Shown piece after piece: positions 52,951 through 64,000 of a stretch of DNA of 64,000 bases. The position numbers were made by a program, and so were the translations under genes. The notes under the pieces were generated by a model. That model had not been told where the DNA came from, searched no databases, and saw only the letters and a list, made by a program, of their open reading frames with translations. Source of the DNA: Callorhinchus milii (lineage: Eukaryota); NCBI RefSeq assembly GCF_018977255.1, contig NW_024704742.1, positions 47,864,001 through 47,928,000 on the forward strand. Direction: 5' to 3'. Position 1 is the first letter of the stretch, and each line of letters begins with the position of its first letter.

Positions 52951-53974
52951 TTCCTCCCCCCACCATCCAGTTTATAAAACTCTGTCTCACAGATAAGAGA
53001 GGGAGTTTTATAAGCTAGATGGTGAGGGGGAGCAAAATATACAGTATACAGGGATTCGGCCACAAAAATAAGTCAATTCACTTTACAGTATATCCTGTGA
53101 AGCGCTTTGAGATGCCTTGAAGATGTGATAGGCAGTATATCAAATGCAAGTATTATTATAATAATCCCTCCAAACTTAAATAATAATTTAGCCACTCAAT
53201 CCGTTGCTGTCTTTGTGTTACACTGCTATGTGCAATTGGCTGCCGCGTTTTACCCACAAAATATTCAGTCGCTCCGCTTTGAGACGTCTCGACGCCATGC
53301 TAAGGCACTATATCAAATACAAGGATTATTATTATTATTATGTGGCGGTTTCATTGTATAATTCGACTGCTTGGAAGCCAATTTGCATCATTGATATTGT
53401 TCACTTTTGATGCTGAATTTCCCTTCTAGACCAAGGACAACCCCAGGTTCCTCTTTTTCACCACCAACCGGCTCTCACCCTCTCACACCTTGTATATCCT
53501 CTCCTCTAACTTCAACTGTGAGGAGATGCTGGACATCCTCAAGACCAAAATTAAGGGGATCCGCTCAAACGCTTCTGCCGTCCAATCCCCTCCCCATCTC
53601 ACCCTCACACTGACCCCTACGCATCCCTCTCTCTACACCTTCGAACCTGTCTCCCTCTCCTCTCTCACCACCATTATAACCCATATTAAACCTACTGATA
53701 TAGCCTCTCTCTCATGAGATCTAATTTTAAAATAAGTCTTTACAATGTCAGATAAAGATCAAGTCAATTTTTTAAAAAAAATTGAGCAGGCAGATGGGAC
53801 CTCGGTTTGCTCTGAAAATGCAACCAACCCCCACTCCCCCAGCCCTGCAGTGTCATCTTAGTCTATGTGATTCCAAGTCCTGATGTGGGGCTTGAACCCA
53901 CAACCTTCTGAGAAGCAAGAGTGCTACCACTCTGCCAGGTTGACACTGTGTAGGAACTTGATGACATGGGAGGT

Positions 53975-54500
53975 GCATTGTCAAGAGGAGCCGTCCTTCA
54001 GATGAGATGTTAAACTGAGGTCCCATCTGCCTGTTCAGGTGGACATTAAAGATCCCATGGTACTATTTGAAAAGAGAAGTGAGTTTCTATTTGTGTCCTG
54101 GCCAACAAATCCCCCCTGGCCAACAAATTCTTACTCCACACGCCTAATAATAATCCCTCCAAAAAAAACAAAACAATAATAAATTGGTCATTTTCAATCC
54201 GTGACTGTTTGTGGGACATTGCTGTGCGCAATTGGCTGCCGCGTTCGCCCACAAATATACAGTCAATTCACTTTACAGTATATTCTGTGAAGCACTTTGG
54301 GATGTCTAGAAGACGTGAAAAGCACTATATCAAATGCAAGGATAAAAAAAAATTGTCTGTTTGTGGCACACTGCTCTGCGCAACTAGTTGCCGTGTTTCG
54401 CCCACAAAATACATAGTTAATCCACTTTAAAGTATATCCTGTAAAGTGCTTTGAGACATTTCAATGACGTTATAAGGAGCTGTATCAAATGTAAGGATTG
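53975..54500 (+). mobile_element. Older Deu-domain-type SINE with a younger SINE inserted (~54131-54345)
   Basis: GAGATGTTAAACTGAGGTCCC...TTAAAGATCCCATGG...GTGTCCTGGCCAAC resembles the AmnSINE/SacSINE Deu core; related decayed copies near 28550, 30060, 35635, 39470, 50430 and 59450. Confidence 0.75.
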
Positions 54501-57097
54501 TTCTATTGCATTAATCAGTGACTACATAATATGCAAAGTTGTGCACTTCATACAACAAACGCACCACGAGTCACCAAGTCTGTCAATACAGCGGAAGAGG
54601 TCAGAGTCTAATCTGAAAATGTCTTAACAGAAAATTCAACTGAGAATTACCAAGGAATGTCACTGATTTCAGTAGCTCTCTTTGGGTAGTCACTGCATGT
54701 ATATTGGACGTATTGGGTCCCTGGGATCAGGAAGTAACAGTGCACTTGCCTTGCAAGTCCTGACAGACACCATAATTGAGCAGCGCATGATGTTTTGGTG
54801 ACGGAGATATAAAAGAGGCACCTGGGTGTTAAGCCCACATGCAGATATTGTCAGTCTCTGTGCTAATTCTGGAAGATCTGGCAGAAGGCAAGAAAAAAAA
54901 CTGCTTCTCTTAAAGAAAAATAGCTCGGCAAAGCAGGGAGCATTACTATGCAGTTGAATGCCAGTACATATACACGTACTGGAGAAAGGTGAATTTGGAA
55001 ATTATGTGCACTAAAAAGGATTTTTACAATTTACTGTAGACTGTAGTTTTGTAGGTGAACAAATATGAACATAGCAAGACTTAACAAATTACAACAAATG
55101 TGGGTGAGGAGAGAGTACAAATCTGACAGTAAGGATTGTGTATGGGCCAAATTACCATCTCTCAATCAACCCTGGTACTACTTTCAAAGAAAATATTTGC
55201 ATGGAACTAAGGGTAGATATCCACACCTCAAACAACTGATTTGTAGGAGAAGGCCATAAAGTCTTGTTCAGGAGAGAAACTCTGGAAAGCATGGACCTGG
55301 AAAGCTCTGAAATCTTGGAGTGGAAAAACCTATTAGTGGTGGGTACATCATTATTCAGATGATAGTTTGCACAATATGGTATAAGAATGTGCACCAGTGT
55401 GCAGTAATTCTAATGATGCAAGGCACTACTCAAAATGAGATACATTGACCTTTTTTATTGATGTCGTACAGAATGTGAAACCAGTGTGCCATAGCAGAGG
55501 ATCACCTCTCATAGGATGTGAATCATCACTTGAAGTCAGCACCACCATAGATGCATAATACAGTGTGGGTGATTTTGATATTGCAAAGGAGGCACTTATT
55601 GGTGAGGGACAAGTACATTAGTGAGAAGGTTGCATGTAGATGTAGAGCACATAGAGAAGGTTCCCTGTTTTCAAGTGGGGAGTGGTAGAGCGGTGGAGAT
55701 GAGCTGTCTTGCGCTTACTTGCCTCCATTCAGACTTGTGTGTTCTGTCTCATAATGACTTAAAAAGAAAAGTACCAGATGTCTACGCTCTCATCTACAAT
55801 AAAGGACAAGACAACACAAGTGCCACCTACAATGGTGCTTTCACTTATACACACTGATGGCGTACTCCTGTTGCTAATACAGACGTATTGGGATATGAAG
55901 CAACTTTTGGAGAATAGTTGCTTAGAACCAGAAATATAGGATTAATTCTGAAAGGTGCTAACTCAGATCAGTAGACATCTTAATGAGGTATGTGTTGAGT
56001 TGTATGAGGATAGATAGTTGCCATTCATGCTATGGAGAGTTCTTTGTTTGCTGTACATCTACACAAGTGACACCAATACTTCTGAGAGCATTGAACCTCC
56101 AGTGTATTTATCACTGATGTAACATTGTTCGTCACATGTTCAGGTTAGCAAATCTATTGTATCCACTGTGTACTTGCACCATATCACTCCCACAAATAGA
56201 ATACTATTAGGTAGGATACGACACATCAAAAAGAACAAATGTGAGAGCAAACCATTAGTAATTCCACATCGTTATAAATTGATCATTTTAATGCATCTTA
56301 TAGTATTCCATTCTTTGTCCCGAAGATGAAGGGATGAAGTTGTATACAATCCAACCAAATAACAGATGTGCAACATGCACATTAAAATTAAAACAGGAAT
56401 GTCACATAATTCTGTGAATGCAAACATGTCTATTGAAATAGTGCCCACTTTCAGAGCTCACTGAAACAATTGGACATCAAAACTGACACCCATTCACCCT
56501 GTTCCCACCAAGTTTTGAGGTGCATGTAGGTGAATGCTTCACAATGATACCTTTCAATTATCTCATTGCAGAAGAACACTGAAAACTGTTGACTCTTGAA
56601 ATACCATCTGTGGCTATGTGAAGGGTCCTTGTGGTAGTTAAGAGCATTCATGACTTTCAGTGCCATGAATGTCTGTCTTAATATTGGAAGCTTATACTGT
56701 TTTTTGTGGATCTTATTGCTGTGCACCTTCATTCCTTGTGCATGACTGCTCCATCATTGTTAAATACCTTTATCTACTGCAGTACACCCTCTTGCAGTAA
56801 TGCCTTCTTTGAACTTTCTGCACTTGTCTCTTCTGCATTCTTTAGACCACTCTCGTACTTTCCACAGTTGCTACATAGATCCTATTATTCAATTCTGTCA
56901 CTGCTCTGATAATAAATTCCAGCTGTAATAAACTCACTGATTTGACATGGCATTAAATGCTCATTTTTTTAATCTGAGCTATGATGCCTAAACTCATTCC
57001 AGTGATTGACTAAAATCCATATGATTCTTCAACATGTCTTAAGATTGCATTCAGAAGCAGAAACCCCACTGAATCCTTGCTAATGGCACTTCCCTCC

Positions 57098-58780
57098 ATA
57101 GGTTGCAGATCATCCAGAACTCTGCAGTCCACGTCCTCTCCCGCACTATGCTCCGTGACCCTATCACCCCCAACATAACATAACATGTAGGAGCAGGAGT
57201 AGGCCATTTGGCCCTTCGAGCCTGCCGTGCCATTCAATCATGGCTGATCTTCTAATCTAACTCCAGCTAATAACCTAACCCTGCCTTATCCCCATATCCC
57301 TTAATCCCTTTTGCAATAAGAAATCTATCTGTCTCAGTCTTGAATATGTTCAAGGACTGAGCGTCAACAACCCTTTGGTGTAGTGAGTTCCATACATTCA
57401 CCACCCTTTGAGTGAAGAAGTTCTTCCTCAACTCAGTGTGAAAGGGCTGGCCTCTGATTTTAAGGTTGTGACCCCTGGTTTTAGTTTCTCCAACCAGGGG
57501 AAACAATCTCCCACTATCTACTCTATCATGCCCTTTGATGATCTTATAGGTTTCTATAAGATCCCCTCTAATTCTTCTATATTTCAGAGAATATAGGCCC
57601 AAATTGGTCAGCCTATCCTTGTAACTCATCCCCTTCATCCCTGGCACTAGCCTAGTAAATCTACGCTGCACCCCCTCCAAGGCAACTACATCCTTCCTTA
57701 AATAAGGAGACCAAAACTGCACACAGTATTCCAGGTGTGGTCTCACCAGGGCCCTATACAGTTGCAGCAAGACTTCCCTACTCTTATACTCTAATCCTTT
57801 CATACTGAATGCTAACATACCGTTCGCCTTCCCAATTGCTGCTGCACCTGCAGACTAACTTTCTGTGATTGGTGTACAAGGACACCCAAGTCCCTCTGGA
57901 CGCCAACACATTCCAGTCTCTCCCCTTCTAAAAAATAACCCGCTCTACTGTTTTTGCTACCGAGGTGGATGACTTCGCACTTCCCCACATTATACTTCAT
58001 CTGCCACCTACCTGCCCAATCACCTAACCTATCTATGTCTCGCTGCATTTTTTTAATGTCGTCCTCTGTGTTGACACTTCCTCCTAGTTTTGTGTCATCC
58101 GCGAATTTAGATATATTAACTTCGATGTCCTCATCTAGATCGTTGATATAGATGGTAAATAGCTGAGGCCCAAGGACTGATCCTTGTGGCACTCCACTAG
58201 TCACATCCCGCCAATCTGAAAAGGACCCGTTTATCCCTATTCTTTGTTTCCTACCCGTTAACCATTCCCCAATCTGCGTTAATATGCTCCCCCCAATTCC
58301 ATGGGCCCTTATCTTTTGGACTAACCTTTTATGCGGCCTCACACGACTCCACTGGCTTCCCATCACACAGAGGATACAGTTCAAGATCCTGATCCTCACC
58401 TTCAAAGCCCTCCATTGTCTTGCTCCCCCCCACCTCTGTGACGTCCTAACCCCCTACCATCTTTCTCGCTCCCTCCGCTCAGCGGGCTCCGGCCTGCTTC
58501 ACGTCCCCCGCCTCGCTTGCCCCACTATTGGCGGGCGGGCCTTATGCACTCTGCCCCCATCCTCTGGAACTCCATCCCGCATCGCCCCCTCTCTTGCATC
58601 CTTCAAGACCCTTCTCAAGACCCTCCTTTCGATATCCCTGCTTCCCCCCCTGCCCTCCACCCTCCCTGACCCCGACCCCTACCCCCAGCTCGGGTCCGAA
58701 ACTCTGTCTGTCCAGCGCCTTGAGACATCCTCCCTACGTGAAAGGCGCTATACTAATGTAAATTTGTTGTTGGTGTTGTT
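57098..58780 (+). mobile_element. L2 3' fragment split by the CR1 insertion (57098-57171 and 58336-58780)
   Basis: HRLQIIQNSA...PITP before the CR1 and LTRLHWLPITQRIQFKIL after it; (TTG)n tail. Confidence 0.9.
57172..58335 (-). mobile_element. Relatively young CR1 LINE 3' portion (RT domain to tail)
   Basis: TSGVPQGSVLGPQLFTIYINDL...SKFADDTKLGG; LYRALVRPHLEYCVQFWSP; one frameshift near 57815; (TTATG)n tail. Confidence 0.95.
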
Positions 58781-59299
58781 ATAGCAGCTCAATTGGTCCC
58801 TCGCTTAAATCAGCTAATAAATAGTTTGAGAATTGTACCTGTGCCCTCTTGCACTTAGTACTTTACACTGAGCCAATTAAACTACAGGGAAGCTAATACT
58901 CTCTGCTACTGTGGCACATTTTGCATATATATTGTATATACAATATAATATATAATATATAATATAGGTCAGATCAGAATTGTATTCCTGTTAACTTGTA
59001 TGCCCTGAATCACATGAAATTTGATTTTAAAACATTTAATCAAATATGGTAGTGAGGTAACGCTAATTATAAAACTGTATTCCTCATAGCTAAATATTGA
59101 GATGATTTTAAACCGTTAAACTGGCAAATGCCCAAGGAATGGATGTGAAATTGTGTGTTGGCTGTACCAGTGAAACTTTAAAATATTGAATATATGGAAA
59201 GGTAAAAAGCCCCTGTGAAAATATACTGCATTAAGTATTGGCTATTTTAAACTCGGGTTGAAAGACTTTCTTAATGTACAATGTTTTATATTCTTACAG

Positions 59300-59358
59300 G
59301 AGGACGGTATCAGCTAGAAATAAAAATTCCAGAAACGTATCCATTTAATCCTCCAAAG
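59300..59358 (+). CDS. UBE2K: UBE2K exon 3 (59 nt)
   Basis: GGRYQLEIKIPETYPFNPPK; CAG acceptor and GTAAGA donor. Confidence 0.98.
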
Positions 59359-61339
59359 GTAAGACTCATCTGCATATGCATGCTTCTGGATTAAAATAAG
59401 ACTCAAATTACTAGTAACATTAAAATGACTGGAACATATATATTTCTGCTGTTGACCAGCACATCTGGAAAAACTGCCTGTTTTCAAATGAATGGTACCA
59501 CGGGATCTTTAATGTCCACCTGAACATGCAGATGGGACCTTGGTTTAATGTCTCATCCAAAGGATGGCACCTCCAACAATTCAGTGCTTCCTCAGCACTG
59601 CTTTGGAGTGACAACGTAGAATAGGATCTTAAAATGCCGACATCCTATAATCTGAGATGAGAGTGCTATCAACTGAACCAGCATGTTGCGGGTAACCTAC
59701 TATTGTAGCCCACTGGCACCCAGACTTCAATCCATTTTTCTACCTGATATGTGTCCAGATGAAGGCTTTAAAACAGTATTTTTAAACTTTGGCCAAAGAC
59801 AGAAAGACTATAGCAGAGCAATGCAATTTGTACTCGAGGAAGAGGGTAGCATGTGATCTCAATTAGAATGAGATCAGTGAATCTTGAGTTGCTACATGAT
59901 CTACATTTTGTAGTGTATCCTGTTGCTTTTTGTTCTTGAAGCTGAACCCACTGTGGGTTTTCAGTAGCTTTCATTCTGCATTTACTCTCTTTTTTTGTAT
60001 ACCTAATGGTGAAGCGTCCTGTGATGTTGTTTGGCAGTATTTAGTTTAAAAAATCATGCTGTTGTATTTTGTGTTATCTAAGATGCAACAGATCTACCAG
60101 GACCTGAAAGCCTGTAAACATTTGATAGTGTTTTGTTTGAACATGCCAATATAGTTGCATTGCTCTTGACTCTTCCCACATGAAATCACTCGTAAGATGC
60201 AAGTGGACAATTTTTCCTGCTTCCTATTTTTGATGGGGTGACTGGGTGGTTCGATATTGTGAAGGGGAGAGGAGAGAGGAAATATTTGTTTGCCTCATCT
60301 GGAATGATAAACTGCACAACTTGCACTGATATTATACCATTCAGGCAGGATGGAGGGTTAGAGCATTGAGGTGGAATTAACATCAAAGAAGGCTAGAGAA
60401 CGTATTTGATAATAACAGCAACAATGACTTACATTTATATAGCACCCTTCGGGCAGGATAGGATCACACAATGTAGCGTAAAGATATTTTAGCATAAATC
60501 TGATGCATTGACTTGTTAATTTTTTTCTTAGAAATTAACTTGGGGGAATGCAATTTGTTTGCATTAATCAATAAACCTGGGATACTGTTTGTTCAGAATT
60601 GTAAATCTTTTAGGATTACTATATGAACCTGTTTGGCATTTTCTTTTATCACTTTAGTAAAATTTGACACCAAAATGCAAACCTGCTAGTTTTGAATGGG
60701 GATCTGCTAGTTTGATATGTGTAATGTGAGTTTTTCCATTGCAGTGACCACAAACACTGATTACATAACAGACTTTCAGTAACCCAGAGTTTTAAATTTC
60801 AAGAACAACTGACATAATGCTCAGACCCTTAGTATTTTAACAAAAACCTCCAGCTGAGTTGAGCCCTTTGACGGAAAGCTGTATGAATCCTGATTTTTGT
60901 GTCATCGGTTATGATTATTATGGGTAATGAAAAATTGCATTGAATCTTTAAAAAAAATTGAGATTCAAGATTTTCAAATTCTTGTGTTGTTTTGTTCATT
61001 TAAATCTCTGGTTAGTATTTGAAAAATGAGTATTATTTAGGTGTTGCCTTCAGATAGCCAGTGTAAGACCGAAAATACTAGTTATTGACCTTTTCATTTT
61101 AGTTGTAGCTGAGCAGCATCTCTTTGTGGCTGAGCAAGCTTCAAGGTGATGTGTTTGGAAATGGAATGCAAGAATTGATCCTCTGTGCTGGTCAGTCATC
61201 CGGTTCCTGAGCCAGGCGGGCGGAGTTGGGCGGGCGCAGGAGGCGTGCGGAGTCGGGCGGGCAGGTGCAGGAGGTGGGCGGAGGAGGGCAGGCGGGCAGT
61301 GCATTGCTGATGACAATCCAGACAGACAGGTTTGTTGAC

Positions 61340-61760
61340 TTGGAAGGGCAGAATAGTGACACGGAGCTGGGAGTCTTCCCACTCATCTGTTAACTGTGCA
61401 AGCCAAAACTCTAACTAGTACTAATCACTATCGGGTGGAATGGTCCTAGTTGGACAAGCAGTGGGAAGCTTGCTATATAGTGGCCTCAGTGGCAAGTTTT
61501 GTAGGTTTACTTGGTTGGTCTCCCGTAGTATCTCAATGCAGACTCTGGAGTTCCTATTCCCTGGTTCTTGCCAGCCTATGCCTGATATTTCTCCAGAATC
61601 TAGTAGGCAGGGTGCATCACTCTAGGGCGAGAGTGCATTTTCCATTTCAGTCCAAAGAAATGTCCATGTGTAAACGGAATACATTTGTGGAACTGTGTTT
61701 GGTTTGATATTCTTAAGCATGGTGATGGGCATCCACATGTGTCAAGATATCCGGCTCACC
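61340..61760 (-). repeat. Fragment of the unassigned ~700-bp repeat, next to UBE2K exon 4
   Basis: Reverse complement begins GGTGAGCCGGATATCTTGACACATGTGG...CACCATGCTTAAGAATATC, matching 45663-45720. Confidence 0.78.
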
Positions 61761-61792
61761 CCAAAAAAAATAAAGTATTTTATGTTTTTCAG

Positions 61793-61875
61793 GTTCGGTT
61801 TATTACAAAAATATGGCATCCAAATATCAGCTCAGTTACAGGAGCCATTTGCTTGGATATTCTGAAAGATCAATG
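61793..61875 (+). CDS. UBE2K: UBE2K exon 4 (83 nt) with HPN motif and catalytic Cys; gene continues beyond the window
   Basis: [28 protein letters not shown]; CAG acceptor and GTATGT donor. Confidence 0.98.
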
Positions 61876-62593
61876 GTATGTTTTGACTCCTTCCTCTTTC
61901 CTAATGTATATAACTAAAGCAGAAAACCTTATCATTTTCATTTGTTAGTGAGCATTGTAGTGGTAGCTTCTTTGTGCACAAAGTTCAAAAGCTCATTTAT
62001 ATTTTGGCTAACTGAATTATCTGATTTGCTAAAATTGTGTTCTCTTGTGGGGTTGACTGTTGCTGAAGGCCAGCTCACATGTTGGGTGCAATTTATCCGA
62101 GTTGCCATGTAGAATTATGTGCTGTAATCTGAGATTGCTTTGTGTTGAAATGAAGGCATAAACATATAAAATCTCTGGCATTTGGTACCGCAATGAGGAT
62201 TACCCCGATGCTTCAATTGTGTTCTCTTCCTCCCTCAACCCTCTGTGTTCTGGCTGCTAATAAAGCCAACAGTTAGCACTACAATTCTTTGTGTAACATT
62301 ACTGCAATAAAGGAATAACCTTTGCAACAATTGTTGGACGGTGGTGATTGCTGTAATGCTCCAGAATGAAGTGCACAGTATATGGATAGAATGTTCTGGG
62401 ACCCCTTTCCTGGTCCCTGGATTACTGAATCCTATTATGTTACTGCTGATGTATGAGTAAGCAGTTGGTTACCTATTCTGATTGATGTTTCGAGCGTGCT
62501 GCTTCATTTTCAGAACTCCGTTCGATTTCTCTTACAACGCTGATCATTCAATGCTAATTATTTACTAATTTATGGACGATGTCTCAAACCGTG

Positions 62594-63265
62594 TACAGTA
62601 GAACCTCACTAACCTGGTCACTCAAGGGACTGGGCAAAAGTCACCTACTTAGTGACCTGACCTGATTACTGAAACAGGTCGGGTGATTCAGGTCACTGAT
62701 GTAATGTTAAGGGCACTGATAATGGGCAAGTGTGATAAATATTCAACAACCATACTTTGCAATCTCATTAAAATAAAGGCAGTGTCGCATTTAAAACAAA
62801 AGCTGTCATGTATTCAGCCTATCTTTTGAAAATGAATCCAACTTATGTTCTGCCAATGCGTAGATCACATCTAACTGTCTATGCCTTTTGCCCTCATTGT
62901 TTTTGATTAAGTCCACTCTATTACGTAAGGACAACTCCTTCTGCGGTGGCATGTTTACAACACTTGTCAACAGTCACTAAATCAAAACAAAGTACACACT
63001 AACCATGTGCACTGAATACAGCATTGTCCGCAGGAGCTCAGGTTAGGCCGCGGGCGCCGGGCGAAGTCGATTTTCTGCTTGCGCCGTTTTCACGATCCCA
63101 ACACTCCCCACATCGCGCATGCGCGACTGGAGCCCACTCCATCCACAGTAGCAGCGTCGAGGAAACAGCATGAGAAGCCTGAGGCCTAGCGCACTGTGTA
63201 CTGTACAGGATAGTAGCGGAGGGGGGTGTTTGTACCGGGTTTGAAGCGGAGGAGGGCGCTGTTGG
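62594..63265. mobile_element. Possible pogo/Tigger-type DNA transposon remnant
   Basis: TA followed by CAGTAGAACCTC, a Tigger-like terminus; partner TIR not seen before the L2 at 63270. Confidence 0.45.
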
Positions 63266-63269
63266 TGAT

Positions 63270-63902
63270 TAGCAACAACAAATTACATTTGTATAGTGCG
63301 TTTCATTTCAGGAGGACGTCCCAAGGCGCTGGACAGTTAGGGATTTGGACCTGAGCTTAGAGTTGGCAGGGAGGATAGGAGGAGGATGGTGACCGAAGGC
63401 ATTGTCAAAGAGGAGGGTCTTGAGACGTGCCTTGAAGGAGGCAAGGGAGGGAGCAAGATGAATGAAATGTGGGATAGACTTCCAAGGAGTGGGGGAAGAG
63501 ATCCTGAAGGCCCAACCGTGGATGGTGGGGCGGGCCGGACGGGGGACGTGGAGCAGAGGACGGAGCAAACAGGTCGATATGTAGTTAGTAGGTCACAGGT
63601 AGGGAGGTACAAGGTCGTGGGAGGCAAGGACGAGGTTTTTGAACTCTATCCTTTGGGGGATGGGGAGCCAGTGGAGCTGGGCAAGGGTGAGGCTGATAGG
63701 GTCACGGAGCCTGGTGTGGGAAAGGACACAAGCTGAAAGTTCTGGATGATTTGTAGCTTGTGCAGGGAAGAGATGGGAAGGGTGACAAGCAAGGAGTTAG
63801 CGTTTTCATCACATCGAGTAGAGCCTGGAGGTGATGACAGTATGAGGGTCTGAGAGGAGAGGCAGTAGCAGAGCCGGGGCGATGTTATGGAGGTGGGGGA
63901 AG
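63270..63902 (-). mobile_element. L2 3' fragment
   Basis: LLHVPRPARPTIHGWAF...LAPSLASFKARLKTLLF; (TTG)n tail. Confidence 0.88.
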
Positions 63903-64000
63903 GGGTCTTTTATTTATCATAGGAGGCACTCTAGAAGCAAGCTAGGGTTTTTCAAATGTATTGTCAAGTGATTGTAAAATCGAGTGTCAGTCAGGCTGAA

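Noticed and set aside
57267-58405. Reverse transcriptase ORFs as a functional gene
   Set aside because: 5'-truncated, frameshifted CR1 fragment lacking the endonuclease and the RT N-terminus

Overview
Vertebrate genomic DNA, most likely a cartilaginous fish (inferred from the CR1/L2/Deu-type SINE/Penelope repeat landscape). It holds the conserved syntenic block UGDH(-) / SMIM14(-) / UBE2K(+). I traced 8 UGDH coding exons (the 3' exons lie beyond the window start), the complete 4-exon SMIM14 CDS (102 aa) and UBE2K coding exons 1-4, all with GT-AG boundaries and consistent phases. SMIM14 and UBE2K are divergent, each with its own CpG island. The rest is intron and intergenic DNA rich in tRNA-headed SINEs, L2 and CR1 fragments (several nested) and simple repeats. 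I found no clearly new gene system. The best leads are minimal hammerhead-ribozyme motifs in two repeat families (one copy with a 15-bp target-site duplication), an unassigned ~700-bp repeat, a duplicated SMIM14 splice donor, a 5' U2 snRNA fragment and a possible decayed transposase. Repeat boundaries are approximate, and family names come from motif recognition, not database searches.
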